Source of the DNA: a virus
Taxonomy: Duplodnaviria; Caudoviricetes
IMG/VR virus record: IMGVR_UViG_3300016476_000297
Span: 1-58,566 of that record
Strand: one strand, 5' to 3'
Length of the DNA stretch: 58,566 nucleotides
The translations under genes were made by a program, and so were the position numbers. The notes beneath the pieces were generated by a model, which saw only the letters and a list, made by a program, of their open reading frames with translations, was not told where the DNA came from and ran no database searches. Positions 13,204-24,365 of the stretch are shown in pieces; within the stretch, counting starts at the first letter, position 1; every line of letters starts with the position of its first letter.

Positions 13204-14895
13204 ATGGCAACATTAAAAGATTTTGTAGTTAATCGCGGGCTGGTAGTAAACACTCAAGCGTTCGTCAACGGAGTTGACGTGCTAGCTAATGACGGAGTTA
13301 CCCTGCTTAGCGCATATGCCAATGACGTTAGCACTCTAAACACTCTGCGTGCTAACGACTTCAACACATACACTACCTTGAATGGTAGAATAAACCTAGT
13401 TCAAGATAACGTAGGTTCAATTGTAACTAACTATGAGGCTAACGACTATGTAACTTGGTTAGCAGCAATGGCAAATGACGGAGTAACACTCGCGTCCGCC
13501 CGTGCTAATGACTATAATACATATACAACTCTAGTATCCGCTTATCAGGCTAACGACTATGTAACTATACTAGCCTCTTATGCTAACGATGGAGTTACTC
13601 TATCATCAGCTCTTGCTAACGACTACTCAACTGTCTTAGCTGCTTATGCGAATGACGGTGTAACACTAGCGTCAGCTCGTGCAAACGATTACACCACTTG
13701 GCAAGCGGCTATGGCCAATGACTTGTCAACTTGGAATAGCGCTCGTGCAAACGACTACTCAACATATACCACCCTGGTAAATGAGTATCAGGCTAACGAC
13801 CATGCCACTTATACTACTCTACTTAATGGATATCGTGCAAACGACTATGCCACTTGGAGTGGACTAAACTCTTACACAAACATCAAGGCTAATGCTAGTA
13901 TCACAATCTCGGCTGGAGACGGACTAACTGGTGGTGGCGACCTTTCTACTAACCGTACTCTTGCAGTTGATTCTACTGTAGTTCGTACTAGCGGCAATCA
14001 AAACATCGCCGGGTTGAAAACATTCACAGACAGCGTTGTAATATCGGGCGACCTAACTGTTGAAGGTAATACTACCACAATCGGTACCACTAGTCTACTA
14101 GTTGAAGACAAGTTTATAGAGCTGGCTGCTAACACTGTAGGTGCTCCTAGTGGTGATGTTGGCATCTATCTAAACCGCGGTAACGAAGGTAACTCTGCAA
14201 TCTACTATGATCAGAGTGAAGGTTACTTTGCGCTAGTAAACACCTTAGATCCTACCACCAACACAGTGGTCAGTCCAACTGGTTTTGCTGCTCTTCGCGT
14301 GGGCACTCTGATAGTTTCTAACACTCAAGTTGTTACAAACTTAAATGCTGATTTACTAGACGGACAGAGCGGTTCGTATTATGTTGATTTTGCTAACGCT
14401 ACTAACACAAATCTAATTACATTAGATCGTGTACTAGCTAATGGAAGCTCGTCTACTCGTTCAATAACAGTTGGAGGGTTAACTGTAGACGCAAACACAT
14501 TCCATGTGGACTCAACTAATAACACAGTAGGTGTTGGCACTCTTACTCCTAAGGCTCAGTTCCAAGTTAATGATGCTGGATATTCTACAAGTGCGTTGGC
14601 CACTACAACTACAACTGCAAACCAGGTTCTAGATAGCTTTGCAGCTGCGACATTCAGAACCGCTAAATACCTAGTTCAAGTGCATGATACTGCTAACAAC
14701 TACTATCACTCTTGTGAAATACTGTTAATTCACGATGGAGCTACTGTGTACATGACTGAATATGCTATTGTGTATACAAGCATCTCTCTAGCCTCATTCA
14801 ATGCAGATATAAGCGGTGGTAATGTAAGACTACTAGTAACTCCAACAAACAATACTAATACTATACGAGTTGTACGCTCTGCGCTGCTAGTATAA
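13204..14895 (+). CDS. fibre protein with AND(Y/G) 11-residue repeats
   Basis: Many ANDx repeats, AGDGLTGGGDLS, KTF..V.ISGDLTV.G, NLNADLLDG, C-terminal FRTAKY domain. Confidence 0.7.
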   Translation: MATLKDFVVNRGLVVNTQAFVNGVDVLANDGVTLLSAYANDVSTLNTLRANDFNTYTTLNGRINLVQDNVGSIVTNYEANDYVTWLAAMANDGVTLASARANDYNTYTTLVSAYQANDYVTILASYANDGVTLSSALANDYSTVLAAYANDGVTLASARANDYTTWQAAMANDLSTWNSARANDYSTYTTLVNEYQANDHATYTTLLNGYRANDYATWSGLNSYTNIKANASITISAGDGLTGGGDLSTNRTLAVDSTVVRTSGNQNIAGLKTFTDSVVISGDLTVEGNTTTIGTTSLLVEDKFIELAANTVGAPSGDVGIYLNRGNEGNSAIYYDQSEGYFALVNTLDPTTNTVVSPTGFAALRVGTLIVSNTQVVTNLNADLLDGQSGSYYVDFANATNTNLITLDRVLANGSSSTRSITVGGLTVDANTFHVDSTNNTVGVGTLTPKAQFQVNDAGYSTSALATTTTTANQVLDSFAAATFRTAKYLVQVHDTANNYYHSCEILLIHDGATVYMTEYAIVYTSISLASFNADISGGNVRLLVTPTNNTNTIRVVRSALLV

Positions 14896-14923
14896 AAGTT
14901 AGTCATCTAGGGATAGGGAACAG

Positions 14924-17170
14924 ATGGCAGATAAAGATTTTAGAGTCAAGCTAGGCTTGCACGTAGGCGCCAATGCTTACATCGAGGGAAACATAACAAG
15001 TGTAGATCAGATACAAATGAATGTAGCCTCGCCAGCAACAGTTGGCGGGGCTGGTCAGCTTGCATGGAACATTGCTGAAAATACATTAGATCTTGGCATG
15101 AATGCCAATACTACTCTTCAAGTAGGCCAAGAGCAGTACTACTATGTTAAAAATCAGACAGGTAGTTTAATTCCTGACGGCACTGTAGTTATGGCTAATG
15201 GTACTATAGGTGCAAGCGGTAGAATTAAAGTAGCCCCGGCATTGGCTAATAACTCAGTACCGTCTAAATACATAATGGGTATAACCACTGAAGACATACC
15301 TAACGGTGCGGAAGGTTTTGTAACCTCGTTTGGTAAAATTAGAGGCGTAGATACCTCTATGTTTAGCGAGGGAGATATTCTATATGCTGATCCTTCTATT
15401 CCTGGAGGCTTGTCTAATACTGCACCAATAGCGCCTAATAATATAGTTACAGTTGCGATAGTAATAAATAAGCACGCTAATAATGGTACCCTCTTTGTAC
15501 GCCCTACCTATGGAAGTAGTATATTTGAAGACGAAAAAGCTTATATAAGCAATATACAGGATGGGCAAGCTCTAGTCTACGTCTCCGCTAATTCTCGTTT
15601 CGAAAATAAAAACGTGTCTTCGGTAACTTCAAATAGTTTTTCAACTATCAGTGTAAGTGGTCAAAGCAATGTTGTTGCAGACTCTACAGCGGACACTCTT
15701 ACTCTAGCGGCTGGGAGTGGTATACAGATAACCACTGATGCCACAACAGACACAATAACTATCACTAATACAGGCGGTAGTGGCGGAGGTCTAATAGCCG
15801 GAGACTACGTTGTTAAGGCTGTAAAGAATGGGTCTGCTCAAACTATCACTAACGGCTCAGACCAGGTTGTAACTTTTGTTGACGAGTTTGACCCGCAAGG
15901 TTGGTTTACATCTAATAAATTTCAACCTACCGTAGCTGGCTACTACAGCATCAATGTTTCTGTATGGTGGGAAAGTGGATTAATAACCAATAACCAAACT
16001 AATATCCAGCTTAGAAAGAATGGATCAACTCAAGTAGCTATCAGTCAATCGCCGGTAACTACTAGTGTAGGCAATACCAACACACTAAGCATAATTGTAT
16101 ACTTTAATGGGTCTACTGACTATGTTGAAGTTACAGCTTATACCGGCAATACAACTTCACAAAACATAAACGGTGCTGCTAGTGGTACGTGGTTTACAGC
16201 AGCGTTATATGCATACGGAGATGCTGCAAATTCTTGGGTAAATGCAAACGACTATACTACACTACTATCAGCTCGTTCAAACGACTACACAACTCTACTA
16301 TCTGCTCAGTCAAATGATTACGCAACTTTACTAGTTGCTCGTTCTAACGACTACTCAACTCTATTAACAGCGCAGGCTAACGACTACTCGACTCTACTAA
16401 CAGCACAGGCTAATGATTATAATACGCTGCTGACTGCACGTTCTAACGACTATGCAACGCTGCTAACAGCACAGGCTAATGACTTCAACACTCTATTAAC
16501 TGCGCGCTCTAATGATTTTAGTACTTTACAGGCAGCCTATGCAAATGACTTTGCACTATACTCAAGCGTAAAAACATTCAATACCTTCTCAGTGGCCGGT
16601 CAGTCTGATGTAGTAGCAGATTCTTTTGGCGATACTGTAACGCTAGTAGCAGGTACTGGTATTACCATAACTACTAACCCAACAACTGACACTATTACTT
16701 TTGCTTCTACAGGCGGAGGCGGCGGCTCTTCTAATTCTTTCTCTGCTATTGCTGTTTCTGGACAAAGCACTATATCAGCTCAAACTAATACAACTCTGAA
16801 CATATCTGCTGGTTCTAATATTATACTTACCACCGACGCATCTTCCAACACCTTAACAATATCTGCAACAGGTGGTGGTGGCGGAGGTGGAGTAACCTGG
16901 CTTAGTTCTTCGTCTAATTATACAGTTTCGTCTGGTCAAGGTGTGTTTGCTAATACACAAGCTACTTCTTGGACATTAACACTGCCAGCATCACCAACCA
17001 CCGGCGATACTATTTATATAATAGATTCTGGAGAATATTTTGACACTAACCCTCTAACAGTTAACCGTAATGGAAAAACTATAATGTATAGATCTGAAGA
17101 TTTAATACTTGATGTAAAAAACATCAGCTTGTTCCTAGTGTATACAGGTGCAGATTGGAGGATAGGATGA
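14924..17170 (+). CDS. modular fibre protein (C1q/TNF-like domain, 33-bp tandem repeats, T4-fibre-like C-terminus)
   Basis: FQPTVAGYY C1q-like segment, ten ND(Y/F) 11-aa repeats, three VSGQS..VAD..TL.AG..I modules, TLPASPTTGD...NPLTVNRNG. Confidence 0.7.
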   Translation: MADKDFRVKLGLHVGANAYIEGNITSVDQIQMNVASPATVGGAGQLAWNIAENTLDLGMNANTTLQVGQEQYYYVKNQTGSLIPDGTVVMANGTIGASGRIKVAPALANNSVPSKYIMGITTEDIPNGAEGFVTSFGKIRGVDTSMFSEGDILYADPSIPGGLSNTAPIAPNNIVTVAIVINKHANNGTLFVRPTYGSSIFEDEKAYISNIQDGQALVYVSANSRFENKNVSSVTSNSFSTISVSGQSNVVADSTADTLTLAAGSGIQITTDATTDTITITNTGGSGGGLIAGDYVVKAVKNGSAQTITNGSDQVVTFVDEFDPQGWFTSNKFQPTVAGYYSINVSVWWESGLITNNQTNIQLRKNGSTQVAISQSPVTTSVGNTNTLSIIVYFNGSTDYVEVTAYTGNTTSQNINGAASGTWFTAALYAYGDAANSWVNANDYTTLLSARSNDYTTLLSAQSNDYATLLVARSNDYSTLLTAQANDYSTLLTAQANDYNTLLTARSNDYATLLTAQANDFNTLLTARSNDFSTLQAAYANDFALYSSVKTFNTFSVAGQSDVVADSFGDTVTLVAGTGITITTNPTTDTITFASTGGGGGSSNSFSAIAVSGQSTISAQTNTTLNISAGSNIILTTDASSNTLTISATGGGGGGGVTWLSSSSNYTVSSGQGVFANTQATSWTLTLPASPTTGDTIYIIDSGEYFDTNPLTVNRNGKTIMYRSEDLILDVKNISLFLVYTGADWRIG
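16244..16560 (+). repeat. intragenic 33-bp tandem repeat (~10 units)
   Basis: Encodes (A/S)ND(Y/F)xTLL(S/T)A(R/Q) with exact 33-nt period. Confidence 0.9.
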
Positions 17171-17847
17171 ACCCTGTTGCTTCCCTGTTTATAGCTACTC
17201 CAGCTTATGAAGGTAAAGTACATGTTCAATATGCTATAAGTCTTTCTGAAACTTGCACGTCCCTATACCTAAACAATATAAATCCAATAGTAAAAGTTCC
17301 TACGTGTGGTTCTTTACTAGTAGCAGATAGGAATAGACTACTTGAGCTTTTTTGGAAATCTGGCGCAGAGTATATGTTATGCGTGGACAGTGATATTGGT
17401 TGGCACTATCAAGACGTACTAAAGCTTTTATGCTATAATAAAGATTTTGTAGCAGGTGTATATCCTTCAAGAGATGGAGTTAGCTATACTTTTAGACCTA
17501 TGCTGAACGAAGATGGTTCTATTGCTATGTGTCCTGATACTAAACTGCTAAAAATGGAATATATACCTGCTGGTTTTATGTTAATTAAAAGGTCTGTAGT
17601 TGCTAAACTCAGAGAAGACTACGCACATTTAAAATTCACCCCAAAGCATTCTAATAAGGAAGAAGACTCAGGGTATTGTATTTTTGATACAGAGGTATAT
17701 GATGGAGAGTTTTGGGGTGAAGACTACGTGTTTTGCAGAAGAGTAAGAAACTCAGGGTTTGATATATTTGTAGACCCAGAAATAGAGTTTGACCATGCCG
17801 GCATTAAAGGCTCTTTAGTGCAGGCGTTAGAGTTTAAGGTGGGCTAA
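17167..17847 (+). CDS. glycosyltransferase family 2-like protein
   Basis: IATPAY, SL...RN.L...F, CVDSDI (DxD), GFMLIKR, GEDYVFC, H.G motifs; ATGA overlap with upstream gene. Confidence 0.75.
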   Translation: MNPVASLFIATPAYEGKVHVQYAISLSETCTSLYLNNINPIVKVPTCGSLLVADRNRLLELFWKSGAEYMLCVDSDIGWHYQDVLKLLCYNKDFVAGVYPSRDGVSYTFRPMLNEDGSIAMCPDTKLLKMEYIPAGFMLIKRSVVAKLREDYAHLKFTPKHSNKEEDSGYCIFDTEVYDGEFWGEDYVFCRRVRNSGFDIFVDPEIEFDHAGIKGSLVQALEFKVG

Positions 17848-17851
17848 TCAT

Positions 17852-19924
17852 ATGACTAAATTATCAGATTACTTATATACTACAGATTTACTGATAGGTA
17901 GCCCGGTAGAGGGATTAGCTGGCACTGGTAATGATGCCACTAATAATACTTATGTAGTTCCTGGGTTAGTATATTCTGCGAATCAGTATACAGACCTAAA
18001 AGAATATTTAGGAAACGTATACTCTACGGTGTTCATACAAAATACTAATACTAGAATAAATCAATTCAAGACTGTAGACTATTTAAACAATACTTGGTTT
18101 GCTGCCGGTGACAACTCAACTATACTGTATTCCACAGATGCTTGCGTATGGTCGTTTTACAGTGTTGGTTTTTCTACAGACGCCACAACACCTATAAGGG
18201 CATTAGAATATGCTAATAACACTTATATAGCTTTAAATGCCTCGGGATTAGGTACTACACAGATACATAGATTAGCATTGTCTCAAGACGGCATAGCTTG
18301 GTATTATGTAAGACAGCCAGCAACATCTTCTAACGTAGTAGGCGGTGGTGGGGGTCTATATGTGGTTACTCCTGCTGCTAGTTCTAATGGGCAGTTTTTT
18401 ACTACTACGGACTTTAGTACTTATACTAGTTTTGCTCCTGTTGGTGCAGAGAATACTACATACTACTCTTATGTGTACGCTAATAATAAACATATACTTG
18501 GCGGGCAAAATGCTACTACAGGCATATTAGTTGTTAGCTCTGATGGCACAAACTGGTCTATAAAAAATCCTAATGTTAGCTCTGCTAGATATTTGGCGTA
18601 CGGTAATAATGCAATAGCAGTAGCCAGTACAAATGAGGTTAGCGTATCTCTAGATGAGAATCTATGGATTAGAAATCCTTCTATTCTATATCGCCCTAGC
18701 ACATCAAGAGGTTTAGCTTACGGTAACGGGTTATTTGTATGCGCTGGCGGCGCTGGAAACGTAACTGTATATGACACTGGTGACGCATTTGGTGGTTGGA
18801 GTACCTACAGGATTGATAGCTCAGTTACTAGAACTGTTAACGGATTAATATTTGACGGCCAAAATTTCCTTGCATCTAGCCATATAGCTAACGTCATGTA
18901 TATATCTAGCAATGGGCAATTTACTCTTACTCAGAATATAGCTAGTAATGCTAGTTCTAGCCTAATAACAAAATTTGCAGTTGGACCGTCCAACACTGTT
19001 ATATATCGCGGAGACTTTGAAAGCCAAGGAATAAAGTTTGCTAATAGCAACACTTTCTATTCAGTTCCTTACCCTATGAGAGAGCAGGCAGTAGTAACTG
19101 ACCTTGTATACAACAATAACTATTTTATTGTAGCTAACACTCAGTGTTTTGTATTTTCTGCATTTTCTGGCATATACTATGCTAATAACTTGGGTAATGC
19201 AAGCCTGTTAGCGCCTTTTAAGAGTAACGTGTTGGTGATAGGTACCACTAATTACAAAACCACAAATGGTTATAGCATATCAGGCACTATAGGATTGCCG
19301 TTCAGCACCCCTAGTATGGCGGTTTCTAGTGGTGATGTTGCTGTTATAGGCGGTCCGACAGGGTCTGACTTATGGTATACTACTAATGGTATAAACTGGA
19401 ACTCGGCAGGTTCTGCTCCTTTGAGTAGGTATAATACTGGGGTATACGCTCAAGGTAAGTTTACTATTGGAGGGTTTGGTTCTACTGTAGCTTCTAGTAC
19501 CGACGGTATAACTTGGATCTCTTCTTCAAGTATATCGCCAGTCAGCAATGTAGTGAGTATAGCCTATAATGACGGACTATATTCTCTTGTATCTAATACT
19601 AACATAGTACTATATTCGCTAGATGCAGTTAATTGGTCTAATGTTAATACTGGCATAATATCTCCTACTCTTAGACTAGAACCTTCCGTAGCAGTAGGGC
19701 CTAATAATAGTATATTAATGGTTGCAAATGCCAGCACTGGAGTTACAGCCAATCTTATATTTAGTTATGCACCTAATGTGTATCAAGGAATGACTTCTAC
19801 TAGATATAATACCTCATATGAAGTATACGTGCCTAACGTGTCAAGCACTGCTTATACAGCATTATCTACACCAACCAATACTAATAATAATTTTAGTAGA
19901 ATTACGTATGTGAGAGCAAAATAA
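17852..19924 (+). CDS. fibre/adhesin with BNR-like beta-propeller repeats
   Basis: Repeated S.DG..W and Y(G/A)NN motifs. Confidence 0.65.
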   Translation: MTKLSDYLYTTDLLIGSPVEGLAGTGNDATNNTYVVPGLVYSANQYTDLKEYLGNVYSTVFIQNTNTRINQFKTVDYLNNTWFAAGDNSTILYSTDACVWSFYSVGFSTDATTPIRALEYANNTYIALNASGLGTTQIHRLALSQDGIAWYYVRQPATSSNVVGGGGGLYVVTPAASSNGQFFTTTDFSTYTSFAPVGAENTTYYSYVYANNKHILGGQNATTGILVVSSDGTNWSIKNPNVSSARYLAYGNNAIAVASTNEVSVSLDENLWIRNPSILYRPSTSRGLAYGNGLFVCAGGAGNVTVYDTGDAFGGWSTYRIDSSVTRTVNGLIFDGQNFLASSHIANVMYISSNGQFTLTQNIASNASSSLITKFAVGPSNTVIYRGDFESQGIKFANSNTFYSVPYPMREQAVVTDLVYNNNYFIVANTQCFVFSAFSGIYYANNLGNASLLAPFKSNVLVIGTTNYKTTNGYSISGTIGLPFSTPSMAVSSGDVAVIGGPTGSDLWYTTNGINWNSAGSAPLSRYNTGVYAQGKFTIGGFGSTVASSTDGITWISSSSISPVSNVVSIAYNDGLYSLVSNTNIVLYSLDAVNWSNVNTGIISPTLRLEPSVAVGPNNSILMVANASTGVTANLIFSYAPNVYQGMTSTRYNTSYEVYVPNVSSTAYTALSTPTNTNNNFSRITYVRAK

Positions 19925-21966
19925 TGTCTAATATAAAAGATTTTATAATAAGAGACTATAATTACCCTATTGGCAGTTTAACTGTGGTGCCAGTCATCAG
20001 CGGTTCGGAGCCAGGAGAGATATACGGTAGCACGGGCTCCATCTGGGTTAAGAGTGATTCTGTATATCTTAAAAGTGATTATCCAGAACTGGCCTCGTTA
20101 TTAGGACCTTTAGGTACTGGTATATTTAATTTCACAAGACCTACTAGTAACAGAAATCAAACTTTAGAATCGTTAGATAATACACTACTCCTCACTCAGA
20201 GTAATGGTACTATACTATATAGTAACACTGGGACTAGCTGGTCTACTATATACACTAGCAATTCTAGTGTGGAAATAACGGCTCTACAAAAGTCTCCGAA
20301 TACTTATGTAGCAGTTGGAAATTCAACCATACAATATTCAAACGATTTAATAACTTGGCAGTCTGTTGTAGGTCCTTTCTCAAACGTAACGTATACTGAT
20401 TTATCTTATGGTAATAACACTTTCGTAGCTTTTACTAACACCGGCGGGATAGCACTATCTCAGGACGGTATTACTTGGAAGGGCTATAGGCCCCCTGGCA
20501 CTGCTTTAGGTAATGCTGGCATATTCTTATCTTCCACAAATACATTCTTACGTGTTAATTCGTTTGGAGAAGCTTATACCTCAGAGGATGGAGATATATG
20601 GATTACAAGGACTTTTGGTGCAACTACTAACATATTTACTCTTGCACAAGGCCCAGTAAGTGTTTTTGCCGGAGGAGCTGCAGGAGGTTTAAGATCTAGC
20701 ACAAATGGATTAGTTTGGGCTGCTAACACCAGCGGCACGACTAGCACTATAAATTCAATTGTATACTCTCCAGACCTATCAAGATTTGTGATGGTTGGCA
20801 ACCTAGGTATGGCTAGATATTCTAGCACTGGAGTCACTTGGACAGCTATAACATCTGGTACTACTTCTACATTTTTTGGCTCCGCGTATGGAAATGGTCA
20901 AGGAGTTTTTGTAGGCCACCTAGGTAATATAAGAACTAGCAATAACTTTACCACGTTTACTGCAAGAGTTTCTAGTACTACTAACACTCTATATACGGTT
21001 ACATTTGGCAATAATACTTTTGTGGCCGCCGGAGGCTTAAGCACTCCTTACGTTACTACAAGTTCTGACGGTATTGCTTGGGCTAACCAGACGTTGTCTG
21101 TAGTTACTGGAGGAATTAGAAGTATAGTATACGGCAATAATTTGTTTATAGTAGGCACTACTACAGGACAGTTAGCAACTAGTACTGACGCTGTGACTTG
21201 GGCAAATACCTCTAGCAATGATACCAGTACGATAGGGAGTATTGTGTATGGTAATGGTCTGTATAATTTATTTACATACAGCGGAAATACTAGAACTAGC
21301 ACCGATGGATTTTATTGGCCTAAAGCACCTGCATTAACAACACTAACTGAGCTAAGTAGAGTAATATTCGCTAACAATTCTTTCTACGCGATGGGTGTTA
21401 ACAATGTAGGTAGGTGGTCTAATAACGGCTTAGATTGGAACACTTTAATTTTAGGTACTGGAAGTAATAACGTGTCAGACATTCATTATAGAAGTTTTGA
21501 TAACAGGCTATTATTTGTTGCTAGCGGAGGTTATATAGGTCAAGCTACTGGATTAGTTAACGGTGGTAGCTCTCCTACATTCAGTACTTCGATAGCTGCT
21601 CCCGGCCAAAATTTAAATAGTATAACTTCGAATGCTAGCACTTATATAATAACTGCAAATTCAGGTATTGTGTATAGGTCTAACTCGGCAGCATTTAGTA
21701 CATTTACTAGGCTGGATAGTGGCGTTACTTATACTAGTATTAAAGACTCAGAGCATTTCAATAATACTTTTATAGTAGTAGACAGAGATGCTGGTTTTAT
21801 AGGTGCTTCAAGCAATTTAGCAGATTATGTATACTCTGCTAGCTTTGATATTAATACTGAATTTTACGTACCTAACGTATCAACAAGTATAACTACTGCA
21901 GATACACTATCTGCAAGCTTATTCTCTCCTACTCTAAGAGTATATGTAAAGGCAGCGCATAAATGA
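19924..21966 (+). CDS. fibre/adhesin with BNR-like beta-propeller repeats inside a collar-like frame
   Basis: PIGS...W...D..YLKSDYPELA..LG N-terminus, F.VPN C-terminus, repeated S.DG..W / YGN..FV; paralog of previous gene. Confidence 0.65.
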   Translation: MSNIKDFIIRDYNYPIGSLTVVPVISGSEPGEIYGSTGSIWVKSDSVYLKSDYPELASLLGPLGTGIFNFTRPTSNRNQTLESLDNTLLLTQSNGTILYSNTGTSWSTIYTSNSSVEITALQKSPNTYVAVGNSTIQYSNDLITWQSVVGPFSNVTYTDLSYGNNTFVAFTNTGGIALSQDGITWKGYRPPGTALGNAGIFLSSTNTFLRVNSFGEAYTSEDGDIWITRTFGATTNIFTLAQGPVSVFAGGAAGGLRSSTNGLVWAANTSGTTSTINSIVYSPDLSRFVMVGNLGMARYSSTGVTWTAITSGTTSTFFGSAYGNGQGVFVGHLGNIRTSNNFTTFTARVSSTTNTLYTVTFGNNTFVAAGGLSTPYVTTSSDGIAWANQTLSVVTGGIRSIVYGNNLFIVGTTTGQLATSTDAVTWANTSSNDTSTIGSIVYGNGLYNLFTYSGNTRTSTDGFYWPKAPALTTLTELSRVIFANNSFYAMGVNNVGRWSNNGLDWNTLILGTGSNNVSDIHYRSFDNRLLFVASGGYIGQATGLVNGGSSPTFSTSIAAPGQNLNSITSNASTYIITANSGIVYRSNSAAFSTFTRLDSGVTYTSIKDSEHFNNTFIVVDRDAGFIGASSNLADYVYSASFDINTEFYVPNVSTSITTADTLSASLFSPTLRVYVKAAHK

Positions 21967-22262
21967 TAATATATAAGATACTAGAAAACGGTTATTTTGG
22001 CGGTCCAATAACTGTATCAGATTCCACTAAAGGAATACCTTTATGGCACACTAGAACCGCCCCTCCTACCGATACTGAAGGTAAATTTATACTCTGGGCA
22101 GGCAATCAATGGGTTCTTACCGACTCTCCTCCACCTGTAGCTACAGTGACTGAAACAATAGTCCAAGAAGCACCGATTACTGAGATTATAACTGATGCAA
22201 CTTCGGAAAGCGCGACTATAATTGAAGAAAATATTGAACCAAACCCAGTTACAGAGTTATAA
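21963..22262 (+). CDS. putative fibre assembly protein
   Basis: Y.I..NGYF...T.T.PP...G....W.G..W pattern following fibre genes. Confidence 0.5.
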   Translation: MIIYKILENGYFGGPITVSDSTKGIPLWHTRTAPPTDTEGKFILWAGNQWVLTDSPPPVATVTETIVQEAPITEIITDATSESATIIEENIEPNPVTEL

Positions 22263-22365
22263 ATAAAAATTGTTCTGGACATTGTCCTATAAAAAGTATA
22301 AAGTGGGATTGTAGTAAATTTAAGTTATCTATACAATATAGCTTAGCTGATATAAGGAAATAAAA

Positions 22366-23199
22366 ATGACATCAAATGTGTTTGTAACACCAAGGGCCGT
22401 AGCTACTATAAGTCGCGGCAGAATAGACCATAACTCTTCTTTGCAAGCCTTATTACAAAACTTTTATAGTTCAGCAGCACCAGTTAATACTTCTGTAGAC
22501 CTAGAAGGTGAGCTAGGTCTACAGAACGGTATGATTTGGAGACAGGGTGGAACTAACCCCCAAGACGGTAGGCTTTTTGTATACGATACTAACAGCCCTA
22601 GCCATCCTTTATACTCGGGCTATACTAGAGAAGGCATAGCATACATAAGTCAAAATACTTTTGTACAGGCTAATGCGGCATTATCCAATAACTATTTTCA
22701 AGCTGGTGAAATAGTAAGAGTTAAAGACGAAGATAAGTTATACTTAGTTAACAATTTAGGCACCTCATTAATAGCAATAGGTAGCGGCACTTCTACTGCA
22801 GCGAATATCTGGCAGACTAATAATACTTATGTGTATTATACTGGCGGATTAAACGTAGGTGTAGGAACTGCCGTTCCCTCCTATACAATGCACGTAGTAG
22901 GTAACGTATATGCTAGTGTCGATTTTATAACTCCTTCAGACGAACGATTAAAATCTAATATAGTTTCTATATCAAACGGACTGTCTATAGTAAAGAGTCT
23001 AGAGGCTTATGAATTTAATAAGATAGGAGATACGGAGTTACACGCGGGAGTACTGGCTCAGCAATTAGAAAAAATACTACCTCACCTAGTAAGAACAGAC
23101 GATTCTGGTACTAAGCACGTAGTATATGACCAGCTAATAGCTTATCTGATAGCAAGTATAAAAGAATTAGCTGATGAAGTAGAGAGTTTAAAAAAATGA
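22366..23199 (+). CDS. fibre protein with C-terminal intramolecular chaperone (peptidase S74)
   Basis: SDERLKSNI, GVLAQ, LV, V.Y..L...LI.SIKEL. Confidence 0.8.
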   Translation: MTSNVFVTPRAVATISRGRIDHNSSLQALLQNFYSSAAPVNTSVDLEGELGLQNGMIWRQGGTNPQDGRLFVYDTNSPSHPLYSGYTREGIAYISQNTFVQANAALSNNYFQAGEIVRVKDEDKLYLVNNLGTSLIAIGSGTSTAANIWQTNNTYVYYTGGLNVGVGTAVPSYTMHVVGNVYASVDFITPSDERLKSNIVSISNGLSIVKSLEAYEFNKIGDTELHAGVLAQQLEKILPHLVRTDDSGTKHVVYDQLIAYLIASIKELADEVESLKK

Positions 23200-24362
23200 G
23201 TTTTGTACTTAATTCTGCTAGAGGTTCTAACACCTCAATAGAACATTTATCAGATAGTGCAATCTATATTTGGAACGGCGCTAACAATTCTATTGTGGCA
23301 AACTCAAACGTGTACACGGTGTTTTCTGCTCAAAACCCTTCTGCTGAGGTCGGTTTTGGCACTGAAGTTGCTCTAGCTGCTAATAGGCTTATTGTAAGAA
23401 GTAGGAGTGGAAATACTGCTGTATACTCGTTAGAAACTAACTCACTCATTCATAGACCAAATGTAAATAGAAGAGTAAGTGATGTTTACAACCGTAGTGT
23501 AGCTACAATAGGCGATAAAATGATTATATCTTCTGGAGAAGGCGTATCGAATGTTTACTTCCTAAATAATACATACTCCTCTACTCTAAGCTTCAATGCA
23601 GTTGTAGTGTCTGAGACGTCCTTTAATACAGCAGGATTTGCTGTAGCAGCAGCAGACAACAGGATTGTTATAGGTATGCCTAGAGATTTGGCTGGCGGTC
23701 AAATAAGAGTTTTTAACTACAATGAGGAAAAACTATTTGATATAATGTCACCTGGCGGTGGGGGGTTAATAAACTATTTTGGCGATGTTGTTAGTGTTGG
23801 TGGTGGAGTTATAGCTGTAGGAACTCCATATTCCGACGCCTCTGGCACCTTCAATGCCGGCGCAGTAGATTTATTTGACTACAACGGTTATTTCATAAAA
23901 AAGATATTACCGCTCAGCATAACGTCTAATGGTAATTATGGCGGTGGCCTAAGCGTAGGTTGTGGTGTATTAGCTACTATATACTTAGGTATAGATAGAT
24001 TTGATATACGTGATTTATCTGGTAACTTAATAGCAAACATATCTCTTCCTGGTCGTCCTAGGTCAGTTAAGGTAAAATACGGTAAAATTTTTATAGGAAT
24101 ACCAGAACTACCAGTAGGCGTAAGAAGCGGAAGAGTTTATGTTTATGATCTAAGAGGTAATCTTTTACAAACAATACAGCCTAATACTATAACTAATGCA
24201 AGATTTGGTACATCTGTAGACGTAGGTTATGGATATCTTGCAGTAGGTGCTAATACTAACACAGTGTCTGGAACTTCTAATGCCGGTAGTGTTTTACTAT
24301 ATAAGATTAGCCCAGAATATACGTTAGATGACGCAGCCTACGTAACATATAATGGAGAGTAA
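23196..24362 (+). CDS. FG-GAP-like beta-propeller protein
   Basis: FG..V....IAVGTP, AGAV.LF, FGTSV.VG..YLAVGA repeats. Confidence 0.65.
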   Translation: MSFVLNSARGSNTSIEHLSDSAIYIWNGANNSIVANSNVYTVFSAQNPSAEVGFGTEVALAANRLIVRSRSGNTAVYSLETNSLIHRPNVNRRVSDVYNRSVATIGDKMIISSGEGVSNVYFLNNTYSSTLSFNAVVVSETSFNTAGFAVAAADNRIVIGMPRDLAGGQIRVFNYNEEKLFDIMSPGGGGLINYFGDVVSVGGGVIAVGTPYSDASGTFNAGAVDLFDYNGYFIKKILPLSITSNGNYGGGLSVGCGVLATIYLGIDRFDIRDLSGNLIANISLPGRPRSVKVKYGKIFIGIPELPVGVRSGRVYVYDLRGNLLQTIQPNTITNARFGTSVDVGYGYLAVGANTNTVSGTSNAGSVLLYKISPEYTLDDAAYVTYNGE

Positions 24363-24365
24363 CCT

